From: a virus
Taxonomy: Duplodnaviria; Caudoviricetes
DNA length: 64,000 nucleotides
Reading direction: 5' to 3' (one strand)
Virus record (IMG/VR): IMGVR_UViG_2778261398_000002
Span: 1,338-65,337 of that record
Shown here one piece after another: positions 1 through 9,342 of the stretch (its first letter is position 1; each line of letters opens with the position of its first letter). The notes under the pieces are model-generated. The model searched no databases, was not told the origin of the DNA, and saw only the letters and a list, made by a program, of their open reading frames with translations. A program made the translations under genes and the position numbers.

Positions 1-1
1 G

Positions 2-1072
2 GCTCACGAGAAAACGTCCAAGGAGAACATCAAGGGCAATACGCTCAAGACGCCTTTCTTGGATTCGAACAAGAAACACATCACCGTCATTCGTCCGACC
101 ATGGTGGAACTGGATTCGCTGTCCATGATGCCAGTTGAAGCCGTCGAGACCATTTACGACAAGAACGACATCGGCGCGAGCGGCATGAACGTCGAAGCAT
201 TGCGTAGCTCTGGTGCTAAATCCCAGATGCTGATGCAGCTGCCGATTCTGACCGGCAGTCACGGCGTCAACATAATCATGACCGCGCACGCGGGCGATGA
301 TCTTGCACTTGACCCCTACGCACCACCTGCGAAGAAACTCGCCTTCCTCAAGAACAAGGTGAAGTTCAAACAGGTTCCGGAGAAGTTCACGTTCCTGACC
401 AACAACCTGTACATCTCTTTGGCTACCACGCCAGCGCTGCACAAAGAGAAGAAGACCACGCTCTATCCGCGTGACCAGTACGATACCCTGAAAGGCGACA
501 CCGATCTCCAGGTCGTGACCATTCAGAACCTGCGAGCAAAGAACGGCCCGGCGGGCCTACCGTTCGACCTCGTGGTGTCTCAGCGTGAAGGTGTCATGGT
601 TCAGTTGTCCGAGTACCATTACCTGAAAACGTTCGACTACTTCGGACTGGGTGGCAACAACACCACGCACTACCTGGAACTGGTTCCAGATGTGTCGCTG
701 GGGCGCACTACAATCCGCGCCAAGTCAAAAGATCCGAAGATCGCCCGGGCGCTTGAAATCACGTCAGAGCTCTGTCAGATGTTCCACCTGTGGACCGGAT
801 ACGATGAGATTATGTGTCGTCCCGAGGATCTTTATAAGGACCTGAAAGCCAAAGGTTATGATTGGGACGTGCTTTTGAATACGCGCGGCTACTGGGTCTT
901 TGATGACAGTAACGAAGAGCTGCCTTTCCTCAGCACAATGGATCTCCTGCGTATGCGCGCTGGACTTTACCACCCTTACTGGATGAAACCGCTCGAGTCG
1001 GCCAGCAACGCTGTGAAACTTGCTACCGAGGCTGACGCTGCTGGCGACCAGAAGGCGAAGAAGGCCGCGTAG
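2..1072 (+). CDS. uvsX: RecA/UvsX-like recombinase, 5'-truncated (phiKZ gp152-like)
   Basis: Frame is open from nt 2 (AHEKTSKENIKGNTLKTPFL...), so the real start is outside the window. Walker B-like VELDSLS and RecA-type ILTGSHGVNIIMTAH / LRAKNGPAG segments; lies near the vRNAP betaC gene as in phiKZ-like phages. Confidence 0.8.
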   Translation, partial: AHEKTSKENIKGNTLKTPFLDSNKKHITVIRPTMVELDSLSMMPVEAVETIYDKNDIGASGMNVEALRSSGAKSQMLMQLPILTGSHGVNIIMTAHAGDDLALDPYAPPAKKLAFLKNKVKFKQVPEKFTFLTNNLYISLATTPALHKEKKTTLYPRDQYDTLKGDTDLQVVTIQNLRAKNGPAGLPFDLVVSQREGVMVQLSEYHYLKTFDYFGLGGNNTTHYLELVPDVSLGRTTIRAKSKDPKIARALEITSELCQMFHLWTGYDEIMCRPEDLYKDLKAKGYDWDVLLNTRGYWVFDDSNEELPFLSTMDLLRMRAGLYHPYWMKPLESASNAVKLATEADAAGDQKAKKAA

Positions 1073-1096
1073 TAAAGAAAAAAGAGAAGGTTTAGC

Positions 1097-1396
1097 ATGA
1101 ATAATAAAGTGGACCTCAAGGCATCAATCGGGGACGTATTGTTAAAGGTCTCACAGGCCAGTCACCAACGATGGCTGGCGTTGTTTCCAGAACCCATTGA
1201 CCACCTACCCGTAAAGCAGCAGATGGAAGTTGTTAACGGTTTCTGGCGTGTTCAGCTGGGCCTTCTCAATGAACCCACATATCGCGTCCGGGAAAACCTG
1301 GCTATTGATATCAATAGCCAACAATGGATGCAGCGCTTTGAACAAGACATCGTCCCGTTCATTGTCCGCCATAACCTACCGCGAAGGATTCTGTAA
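1097..1396 (+). CDS. hypothetical protein
   Basis: 99-aa ORF with AGAAGG RBS; stop overlaps the next start (TAATG). Confidence 0.7.
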   Translation: MNNKVDLKASIGDVLLKVSQASHQRWLALFPEPIDHLPVKQQMEVVNGFWRVQLGLLNEPTYRVRENLAIDINSQQWMQRFEQDIVPFIVRHNLPRRIL

Positions 1397-1980
1397 TGGC
1401 CTTATCAACATCCAAACCGGCACTGCTATACAACCGGGCATCGGCAGACATCCCGCTGGTGGTAGTGGCAGGGAGTCGCAACTTTAAAGACTACGGTCTT
1501 TTCTGTAGATACCTCGATGCTTACCTGGAGACGGCGGGCGATTGCGAGTTCGTGTCTGGTAAGGCGCCAGATGGCGCTGACGACATGATCATTCGCTACG
1601 CTAGGGAACGAGGCTACATCTGTCGAGAAATGCCGGCCGCCTGGGACAACATCGACGTTAAAGGCGCTGTTGTCAAGAAAAACAAAAGAGGACAACTCTA
1701 CAACGCTGTGGCCGGACATCAGCGTAACGAAGAGATGGCGCAGATCGGTACCCACTTGCTTTTGTTCTGGGATGGCGCGTCTAAAGGCTCCATGGACATG
1801 TTGACTCGAGCCGATCAACACGGTCTCAAAATCAACGTCGTTCTGGTCGATGTCGTTCCAGAGATCGCTCAGCGCGAACAGGTTAATGGAACACAACACA
1901 TTGGCTGGCACGTACCGGGTGTAGATGTGCCTTCCGAAGAAGAGGAGTATGCCGATGCCCAATCGAACTGGTGCGACTAA
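1396..1980 (+). CDS. SLOG-superfamily (DUF2493/YspA-like) protein
   Basis: VVVAGSRNF, VSGKAPDGAD, AGHQRNEEM and LLFWDGASKGSMDM motifs. Confidence 0.8.
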   Translation: MALSTSKPALLYNRASADIPLVVVAGSRNFKDYGLFCRYLDAYLETAGDCEFVSGKAPDGADDMIIRYARERGYICREMPAAWDNIDVKGAVVKKNKRGQLYNAVAGHQRNEEMAQIGTHLLLFWDGASKGSMDMLTRADQHGLKINVVLVDVVPEIAQREQVNGTQHIGWHVPGVDVPSEEEEYADAQSNWCD

Positions 1981-2629
1981 GTTCATACTGGAGTTCCTAG
2001 AAGAGGTTCTTCCAGGCGGTGGAAACAAAGAGATTTACGAAGAGTATCTCTCCAAGATGTCCGATGAAGATTTCGGACGTTTCATTGATCGCCTCGACAG
2101 CGGTGAGGAAATACTGAACCTGATAGCTCCGATCATGAGCGAGGCGAAGCTGAATGTTCAGCGCAACCTCGCAATTGCTCGCAAGCTCGGACACGAGTTC
2201 CTTGAACGACTGTGGGTCACCGACCCGTTCACCGGTGAAACGTATTTGACACCGGAACGGTACATGGTCGTCGACCTTCCGTTGCGCCGACAGATCCAGA
2301 TGCTGATGAAGAAGATCTCGATTCCCGACGATAACCGACACGTTGACGAACTCACTGGTCAGCCGACAGGTACGTCTAAAGGAAGCAAGCTCTCCTTCCC
2401 CGAGATTCAGGTAATGCACGGTCAGGGTCTCTCTCGCACCATTGAGGAGCTGATCAAGTACCGCGGCGGTGACGAGAAGGCGTTTAACGCAATGAATCGT
2501 TCCATCATTGAATCGGGCGGTGTGTCACTGGACGCCATCGCTCCTTTCTCTGGTGGCGTTCGCTCAACCGAAACCCTGGGTGTTTATCTTAAAGCGATGC
2601 ACCTGGATAACAACGCAGCTGAGAGCTAA
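1955..2629 (+). CDS. virion RNA polymerase beta subunit, C-terminal fragment (phiKZ gp149-like)
   Basis: DELTGQPTGTSKGSKLSFPE and IKYRGGD resemble the beta C-terminal TxQP..G..ExE and L.VKSDD blocks; GAGGAG RBS 7 nt before ATG 1955. Confidence 0.8.
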   Translation: MPNRTGATKFILEFLEEVLPGGGNKEIYEEYLSKMSDEDFGRFIDRLDSGEEILNLIAPIMSEAKLNVQRNLAIARKLGHEFLERLWVTDPFTGETYLTPERYMVVDLPLRRQIQMLMKKISIPDDNRHVDELTGQPTGTSKGSKLSFPEIQVMHGQGLSRTIEELIKYRGGDEKAFNAMNRSIIESGGVSLDAIAPFSGGVRSTETLGVYLKAMHLDNNAAES

Positions 2630-2631
2630 TC

Positions 2632-3075
2632 ATGGACATTGAAGACATTCGCCTCGTCGTTGCTGACATCGTGGACAAGCGGAGTCGATCCAGTCTCGAT
2701 GGGGAGGCAATTGGAGAAATCGGCGATTTCATGATCTCTTACGCCAAGACAGCGAACCCTTACTCCATGTCTGGTCGAGGCGATTTGGAGAAGCTCTGGA
2801 ATATCATCCGAGGCCAGGACGTCGTCCTCCACTTCGTCATGATGTCTACCTCCGAGTTGATACTGCGGGTCGGTTACGTCCAGTTCAAAAGACTGGTGGA
2901 AGATATCTGCGCAGCTTACGGTAGTTGTGTCACGTCAGGCAATGAATCGGTCGTGGACTCTACGTTCACAGATCGTGCAATGAGTTCCTCCGAGCTATCC
3001 AAGATAATGACGGCCAACCCGTGGTATGCCTTCATTGTTCTGGCAGAGACCGTTATGGGGCCCGATGAGAAATGA
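2632..3075 (+). CDS. conserved hypothetical protein
   Basis: 147-aa ORF tightly packed in the operon. Confidence 0.7.
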   Translation: MDIEDIRLVVADIVDKRSRSSLDGEAIGEIGDFMISYAKTANPYSMSGRGDLEKLWNIIRGQDVVLHFVMMSTSELILRVGYVQFKRLVEDICAAYGSCVTSGNESVVDSTFTDRAMSSSELSKIMTANPWYAFIVLAETVMGPDEK

Positions 3076-3776
3076 ACCAGATCATCTACGTTGGACTTGA
3101 CGAACTTTTGGACACCCGCTTAGGGACCATCCAGACGCTGTGCCCGGAAGCAATCGAGCGGGTCATGGATAGCGGGTGGACTCTTCGTGGCATTGACGAT
3201 GTAGAATCGCTGTCGGGTGGTTTTGTTACCAATAGTGATTTCACTGACAGATACGCCAAGCGAGACGTAGATGTCCTGAAAAACTCAAGACCTACCCTAA
3301 TTGCCAGGATGATTCATTCGTTTGTCATGGAGTTGGTTTCTAAGAAGTTAACCGACCCCACAATCGACGATATTGAGGTCGACGTCAACGTCTGGCCCTA
3401 CATTCTGAATCGGTCTGAACAGGTGGCCATGGTTGAGGCAGTCTGCACGGTCCTCGATGTTCCATGTGACGTCAATCTCGTCTACACGTCTCCAAAGGAC
3501 TTGACACCTGCGAAGATATACGGGAGATACGCCTGTCTTTATATCTACGGTATAAACGACTGGCTCATGATGCATGACGAGGCCTTGTTGAGGCGGACTC
3601 TAGCGGCGGTAAGCTTTATATCGCCGGCACTGTATCTAAAGCGACCCGAGGAGAAGGACAACATTCAGGTGGAAGGTCGATCGGTATCTCCTCTTGAAGT
3701 TCTCGAGGAATCGCTCGGTGGAGTGATGCATCTGGAATTGGTGGACGTCGGTTGTTTCAGCGTTATGATGCCGTAG
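3072..3776 (+). CDS. hypothetical protein, degenerate HAD-like N-terminus
   Basis: IIYVGLDELLDTRLG resembles a HAD motif I strand; ATGA overlap with the upstream stop. Confidence 0.65.
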   Translation: MNQIIYVGLDELLDTRLGTIQTLCPEAIERVMDSGWTLRGIDDVESLSGGFVTNSDFTDRYAKRDVDVLKNSRPTLIARMIHSFVMELVSKKLTDPTIDDIEVDVNVWPYILNRSEQVAMVEAVCTVLDVPCDVNLVYTSPKDLTPAKIYGRYACLYIYGINDWLMMHDEALLRRTLAAVSFISPALYLKRPEEKDNIQVEGRSVSPLEVLEESLGGVMHLELVDVGCFSVMMP

Positions 3777-3784
3777 TGGCGAAT

Positions 3785-3814
3785 AAAAGGCTCGGTCGCC
3801 AGACCGAGCCTTTT
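3785..3814. terminator. bidirectional intrinsic terminator
   Basis: AAAAGGCTCGGTC-GCCA-GACCGAGCCTTTT between convergent genes. Confidence 0.9.
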
Positions 3815-3852
3815 TCTCCGTGTATCATTTTACATTCAAGATCAATGGTATA

Positions 3853-4302
3853 CTACTTGCCGTCAACAGAGTTTTTGCTCTCGTACTCGTTGACGAAGTC
3901 TCGATAGTTCATTGACTGAATGCCGACATTGGTCTCGTCGTGAACCAGCTTGGCTTCGGGCAGAACGATCTCGTCTGGGTTCGGCTCCTCACCGCGAATT
4001 GTTTCACCCTCAACAACTTTAAACGGATCGCCGCTGTCTGTCGATGTGCCCATGCGCGCAATAATGAGCGCAACTTGACGGTCTGCTTCAGACGAGATCT
4101 CGGAAGACTGGATCTTCTTCTTGCTCAACGACTGGCGATCCATATCGGCCAGAGCATGCAGCGCGATACTCTGTTGACCGGGATCGGTTGTCATTTTGCC
4201 GTTTTCATCACGAAGCGTATCGAGGATCTCGATGCGCATTCTCTGTGTGTAATCGAGGAGATCGTCGTCCGTGAACTCCTCCGGTAAGGTCTTGGAACCC
4301 AT
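3853..4302 (-). CDS. hypothetical protein
   Basis: ATG 4302 with GAGGT RBS; ends at the bidirectional terminator. Confidence 0.7.
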   Translation of the reverse strand: MGSKTLPEEFTDDDLLDYTQRMRIEILDTLRDENGKMTTDPGQQSIALHALADMDRQSLSKKKIQSSEISSEADRQVALIIARMGTSTDSGDPFKVVEGETIRGEEPNPDEIVLPEAKLVHDETNVGIQSMNYRDFVNEYESKNSVDGK

Positions 4303-4327
4303 GGATGGCACCTCTGCTTGAAAAAAA

Positions 4328-4344
4328 TATCAACCCTATATCAT
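4328..4344 (+). promoter_or_regulatory. putative early (vRNAP) promoter
   Basis: TATCAACCCTATATCAT; one of eight aligned 17-mers. Confidence 0.7.
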
Positions 4345-4373
4345 TAAAGTGAATATAAACTGGAGCATTCCTT

Positions 4374-4895
4374 ATGTCGTTCGCTGATATGCGATTAAAA
4401 TGGCGACTTCGTGGTGTCAAAAAAGACCATTTTAAGGAAGGACGATGGGTTGCGTCTACCGCGCTGTTGTCTAGACTGACGTCTGTTTTGACGCCCGACT
4501 TGTTTGGCAAGTACGCCCCCGCCTGCGGGTTCGATACCTATATCGATCTCCGACAGACAACGTATGAAGAATACGTCACCAATCTGAAGGACACAGTTGA
4601 GGCTATCAAAGCAGGTGACTATGTAGATAACCTGGCCTACCTGGAACTGAAAGAAGCCAGGTCGTTATCGCTTGACGAATGGCTAGTGGACAACGGACAA
4701 AGACCCGTTCCACTAATTACTGGACTCGAAGTTATCCGAGGTCTGGTAACTGAGTTAATCGCCGCGCTAGACGGCGTAGACGGCTCTGTTAAGAAAAAAT
4801 ATTACCATCGAAAAACCATACGACTAACCGCCGAAACGTTAGAACTTTACCTAGGTCTGATCGCTGTCAGGAAGGTATCTGAGTTCATACGTTGA
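4374..4895 (+). CDS. hypothetical protein
   Basis: 173-aa ORF, GGAG RBS, downstream of the promoter motif. Confidence 0.7.
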   Translation: MSFADMRLKWRLRGVKKDHFKEGRWVASTALLSRLTSVLTPDLFGKYAPACGFDTYIDLRQTTYEEYVTNLKDTVEAIKAGDYVDNLAYLELKEARSLSLDEWLVDNGQRPVPLITGLEVIRGLVTELIAALDGVDGSVKKKYYHRKTIRLTAETLELYLGLIAVRKVSEFIR

Positions 4896-4922
4896 CCCGC
4901 GACGATAGAGGCTGCATTCGCA

Positions 4923-5498
4923 ATGCAAGACTATAACGACGACATTCTCCACAGCACAACCAAAGCAACGGAGAAGGCAAGGGACCCACTGGCAAAGCTG
5001 TTCCGAGTTATCCTTCGCGACATCAACATAGGTGTAAAGCAATGGGGACAACTCATGGAGCTTTACCTCGACAATCCAAGACACCGTATCCCAAAGAACG
5101 GTAAGGATCGTTCCTCAGCCAGGGGGAATCTAAACAAGGAACTTCGTAGGTCTTACATGACGTGGAAGGTGTTCATGAAGGGTCTGTCCTTCCTCAACAT
5201 CAAGCACGTTCGAATAGAACTCCATGCCACCTGGTGGAACAGACGAGTGACGATTCACTCAGTGGGTCTTCAGTTGAATCGAATACCCGAAGAAGAAAAG
5301 CCGGTTGGACAAATACCAATCAACCAAGATCTAACGGACCGTCTCTATAATGGTCTGGAGTATCTGGAAGACACGCTGTCTGCCGAAGAGTACAACAAGA
5401 TCGTCTCCTCGTTGTGTGAGACGGTTGATGCCAAGTTGTTGTCTGTTCGAGAAGACATCTCTAGCAACATGACCACCGTCGATCCGGTGGGGAAATGA
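4923..5498 (+). CDS. conserved hypothetical jumbo-phage protein
   Basis: 191-aa ORF with GAGG RBS; SSARGNLNKEL..MTWKVF.KGL block looks like a recurrent phiKZ-like family (from recall). Confidence 0.7.
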   Translation: MQDYNDDILHSTTKATEKARDPLAKLFRVILRDINIGVKQWGQLMELYLDNPRHRIPKNGKDRSSARGNLNKELRRSYMTWKVFMKGLSFLNIKHVRIELHATWWNRRVTIHSVGLQLNRIPEEEKPVGQIPINQDLTDRLYNGLEYLEDTLSAEEYNKIVSSLCETVDAKLLSVREDISSNMTTVDPVGK

Positions 5499-5507
5499 GA
5501 GGTTCAT

Positions 5508-6206
5508 ATGGAAAACCCGGAAGCCCTCAGTCCCCTCGACGATGGGGTTACGCATATCAACATCTACAGTAAAGCGCGGACCAAACTTGGTTACCTGCTA
5601 AGCAATCTGACTGATGCGCAGGTTCGACATCCGAGACTGGGTGTCTTCAAGACGCTAGAGGGTCTCTGGTTCTACTATAGCACCGGGTGCGTTGACGAGA
5701 TCTTCAGGGTGTTGCCTGGCTTCAAAGCAAAGCGGTACGGGTCCACTTTACCTCGGGTCCAACAAGACGACTTCGAGGAGGTGATAAAGGAGGCGCTTTA
5801 TTGCAAGGTGATTCAAAACCCGATCATCGCTGAGCTGATGTTGGAATCTACGCTGCCGTTCGAACATTACTATTACTACGGTAATCCGAAGAACGCCAAG
5901 GTCATTAACGTCACATCAAATCGATGGGTGGTTGATGAACTTGAAGCTATTCGTAAGCAGATAAAAGAATCGCCATCGAAGATCGATGCCGGCAATGGTA
6001 ACAAGAACAACTGCATGTGTGTCACGCCGGAAGAGTTCCGCTATTGCAACTGGAACTGCATGCATGATGACCCCGGCACCATCATTTGCTCGTTCAGCGG
6101 TATCCCAGAGTCGGCTTGTCCGGCGGATTGTCTATGCAAAGACAGAGACCAAGATCTAACGGTCGAACTCGATGCCATGGCAACTGCCAAGACCGAGAAC
6201 CAATAA
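5508..6206 (+). CDS. NADAR/YbiA-like domain protein with Cys-rich C-terminal tail
   Basis: LGYLLSNL, FKTLEGLW and CKVIQNPIIAELMLEST resemble NADAR motifs; eight Cys in the last ~65 aa. Confidence 0.55.
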   Translation: MENPEALSPLDDGVTHINIYSKARTKLGYLLSNLTDAQVRHPRLGVFKTLEGLWFYYSTGCVDEIFRVLPGFKAKRYGSTLPRVQQDDFEEVIKEALYCKVIQNPIIAELMLESTLPFEHYYYYGNPKNAKVINVTSNRWVVDELEAIRKQIKESPSKIDAGNGNKNNCMCVTPEEFRYCNWNCMHDDPGTIICSFSGIPESACPADCLCKDRDQDLTVELDAMATAKTENQ

Positions 6207-6280
6207 GAGACATTCGGGTCTCTTATTTTTTTTTTGGCTCAATTTATGATCCCATTCATCCGCCGCTGGAGTTAATCACA

Positions 6281-7297
6281 ATGGCTGGAAAGATAGCAGA
6301 AACCCTATTTCAATCGGGGCCATTGGACGAGCTACTGGCCACTGACGTTTACAACTTGACCGATGCATTGGTCAGGAACCGACTACCGGCCGATCTGAGT
6401 GACACCATCTCATCTACCGTGAAATCATTCATGCGCGACGGGGCGTTGTCTGATTCTGCGTTCAAGAAAGTGTTGTCCCTTGCTGACAACAAGATAGGTC
6501 TCGACACAGCAGCCCTAGTTAGCCGTATAGAGGGCCTATCGGACAGTATCCGTGGCCCACTCAACAATATAAGCTCGGCGGCCAAGGAGGGCATTACAGG
6601 GGCTTTAAAGTCCATGGGTGTCGACCCCACTCAGGCCATGGGTGCTGTTGTCACCATCGGCGACGTGGCAACCACCATTGCCAACGGCGACATTGAAGAC
6701 GCTAGAGGGATCGTTGATCTGATCTCCGAGGTTACGGGTAGCAGTGGGATCGCTAAGATTCTGGATCTGGAAGCGGAAGCTGCTTTGATCTCAGGGATTC
6801 TCGGTGAGGCCATTCGCCTGCAAATTCCGGGTGCGATTGACGCGCTTGTTGACCTCAGTAATGATCGAGACGATCGCGTTGTCAGGAGAGCACTTGAAGC
6901 TAATCTGTTGAGCGCTATTATCAACGGACAGCTGACCATCGTGAGGAACATCCTGACCAAGATCGGTCGGGTAGGTGTACTGACCCAAGTCCCTCAGGCA
7001 ATCAAATTGTTGTTGTCGACTTATCGGTTCAAAGAAGTATCGGCTGTCATTGACTATGACGCTAAGTACACCGAACTGAAAACACTGCTTGACGATATCG
7101 ATCCCAATTGGTTCGTTGACCAAAGGGACGGCGTCGAGGTGACCAAGTTGTCTCCTTTCAGTTACGCGTCCGACGATGCCAAGTTACTGTTCAGAAAACA
7201 CCCCGAGTACCTGACCGAGGTGATGATCTCTGATTCGTACCAGTCAGAGGACGTCAATGACCTGCTGAAGGCGTTCTACCCGTCGATTGTGATGTGA
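6281..7297 (+). CDS. probable virion structural protein
   Basis: 338 aa from ATG 6281 (GGAG RBS); adjacent to the tail/baseplate module. Function inferred from context only. Confidence 0.55.
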   Translation: MAGKIAETLFQSGPLDELLATDVYNLTDALVRNRLPADLSDTISSTVKSFMRDGALSDSAFKKVLSLADNKIGLDTAALVSRIEGLSDSIRGPLNNISSAAKEGITGALKSMGVDPTQAMGAVVTIGDVATTIANGDIEDARGIVDLISEVTGSSGIAKILDLEAEAALISGILGEAIRLQIPGAIDALVDLSNDRDDRVVRRALEANLLSAIINGQLTIVRNILTKIGRVGVLTQVPQAIKLLLSTYRFKEVSAVIDYDAKYTELKTLLDDIDPNWFVDQRDGVEVTKLSPFSYASDDAKLLFRKHPEYLTEVMISDSYQSEDVNDLLKAFYPSIVM

Positions 7298-7302
7298 CGA
7301 AA

Positions 7303-7331
7303 TAAAAGAGCCGGCCATTTGGCCGGCTCTA
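7303..7331. terminator. intrinsic terminator between convergent genes
   Basis: AGAGCCGGCC-ATTT-GGCCGGCTCT preceded by an A-run. Confidence 0.85.
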
Positions 7332-7333
7332 TG

Positions 7334-9286
7334 TCAGTTGAACCTGTCGTTCGGTCTGGCGAACATCTTGATGATATCCCCGGTCCATCCCGATAGACTC
7401 CATTGCGCAAAGTGCGATTTGGACTTCCAGGCTTTGTGGTTAGCCATCATTCTAGATAACCGAATGGCCAATCTTCGACTTGTGTAGATTTGATCAGATG
7501 CACTGAGGTTACCCAAGATAGCGAGGTAGTCAGTGTAGCTGTTGTCGTCGTCGTACGTCGATTTCTTGAGTGCGTTGACAAAGTTGATACCAGTGTCTCC
7601 GGCAACCAGGCTACCGGCACCCTGAAGCAATTGGTCAAACACACCCATCTCGCCACCAATAGGCATGTGTAGGATGCTGGACAGATCCACCACGCTGAAC
7701 GAGATGTCGATGCCCAAGGGTTCTTTGTCCTTGTTGAACCCCATGTTCCCCACGCCACGTGTAATGGACACAGAGTCAATCAGGCCCAACCTCGTTTGAG
7801 CACGACCTTCGCAGAAAGCCTGACACAGGAACGGACTGGTGTACGACTGCATGCCCGTGGATATCGGAAGCGCTCCAGCCAGAATCATCGACAACGGGAT
7901 GTACAGATGCATGAACTGGGACAACTTATTCCCATAAGGCGTACGTAGTTCCATGTTGTACTGCATCCGTGGTAGATCCGCAGTAGATCCATCCCAGTGT
8001 TTGGGTAAGTCCACCAGAGCACGACCAGCCAAGGCAGCCAAACCACCGATGCTGACAGAATCCATCAAGCCAGTCCCGATATCAGCCACTGCTCTAACGG
8101 CGCCCTCGAACAACCCAGTGACAAGACCGTCGCCGACATTGCCATCGGCAAATGAGAACCTGGCATTTCGCATACCAGATGACATTCCGTTGAGGGTTCC
8201 CTCGAGGTCAGATGCTCGTGTTTGACTACTGAAAGACTCACTAGCCGGACCACTATAGTCAACGCGGAAGGTGGCGAAATCGGCACCGTCTCGTGCCTCA
8301 GCTACGGTGAAGTCCATGTAGTCCGTCATGGTGCTCCAGTACGTTGCTGGCTCGGCATCCTCAGAAGACGACTCGGTCTCCCCGCTCTCTGCTTTCGCTG
8401 CGCTGGTGGTCATGTAACGATTCAAATAGACATCGATTCCTGAACCACCGTCATCGGACAACGTGCCAACTTCGGCATAGTATTCCAACAGCTTCTCACG
8501 GAGATCCTGACGACTTGTTGAATTCTCAAAGACAGTGTTCAGCAACTCTCTGTTCTTGTCAGCCAGTCGCTGCGCTCGGTTGGACATTGCATAGATGTCG
8601 ACACCGCCATCGTCCCTGAAGATGCCGCCCCACACCTGACTGTGACGTTTAACGTCGGCCATTGTGTATTGTGCTTCGTCGTCTGAACGCGTGGTACCGG
8701 GAATGTGGACACGAGGAACAATGGCTTTGTTAGTTGCGATACCGTTGGCAATGGTGTTGACAGCGTTCCAATACAGCGGCATTGTAGGCTTCAGGTAATA
8801 GTAACGGCTAGTTGGTTTGTTAATGGCAAAACGGATAGCCGCACCCGCCAGAACAACCGACTGCAACGGCAACGTGGTAACAAACCCGAGTGCCTTACCA
8901 ATCGTGTAGAACGCGCTACTGCTTCGACCGGTACGTGCTAGCGTTGCCGATTCAGTGTCGTAGAAGTTCCCAAAGAACTGAGTCAGGGAGTTAAAGCTCG
9001 CCACCCCGAATCGAAAATGAACCAGCTGACCATAGTCATCCAGTCCCTCACTATACGCCCGCCCCATCCCGTTGGAGGCCGAGAACCGTCCTTTGATACG
9101 AAGGTCGGCGTACTCTGTGAATTGCGGTGGTGGATTGATTGCAAAGTTACCGCCCAAACTGGTGTCAGTAAACTTAAGAGCAGCATCCGACAACAAGCGT
9201 CGGCGGGACAACTCTGCATCCACCGCGTGCTTGGGTAGTAAGAAACTGTTCTTAACCCACTCGGCATCTTTCAGCTCACCTGCCAT
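7334..9286 (-). CDS. virion structural protein (phiKZ gp182-like, baseplate/tail region)
   Basis: 650 aa from ATG 9286 (GGAG RBS); directly follows the gp181-like gene as in phiKZ-like synteny. Confidence 0.65.
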   Translation of the reverse strand: MAGELKDAEWVKNSFLLPKHAVDAELSRRRLLSDAALKFTDTSLGGNFAINPPPQFTEYADLRIKGRFSASNGMGRAYSEGLDDYGQLVHFRFGVASFNSLTQFFGNFYDTESATLARTGRSSSAFYTIGKALGFVTTLPLQSVVLAGAAIRFAINKPTSRYYYLKPTMPLYWNAVNTIANGIATNKAIVPRVHIPGTTRSDDEAQYTMADVKRHSQVWGGIFRDDGGVDIYAMSNRAQRLADKNRELLNTVFENSTSRQDLREKLLEYYAEVGTLSDDGGSGIDVYLNRYMTTSAAKAESGETESSSEDAEPATYWSTMTDYMDFTVAEARDGADFATFRVDYSGPASESFSSQTRASDLEGTLNGMSSGMRNARFSFADGNVGDGLVTGLFEGAVRAVADIGTGLMDSVSIGGLAALAGRALVDLPKHWDGSTADLPRMQYNMELRTPYGNKLSQFMHLYIPLSMILAGALPISTGMQSYTSPFLCQAFCEGRAQTRLGLIDSVSITRGVGNMGFNKDKEPLGIDISFSVVDLSSILHMPIGGEMGVFDQLLQGAGSLVAGDTGINFVNALKKSTYDDDNSYTDYLAILGNLSASDQIYTSRRLAIRLSRMMANHKAWKSKSHFAQWSLSGWTGDIIKMFARPNDRFN

Positions 9287-9310
9287 GACGATCACTCCAA
9301 AAAAACATAT

Positions 9311-9340
9311 AAAAAAAGGAGTGGGGGCTGAGCCCCCACT
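9311..9340 (-). terminator. intrinsic terminator
   Basis: AGTGGGGGC-TGA-GCCCCCACT with an A7 run that gives a U-tail on the minus strand. Confidence 0.8.
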
Positions 9341-9342
9341 TA

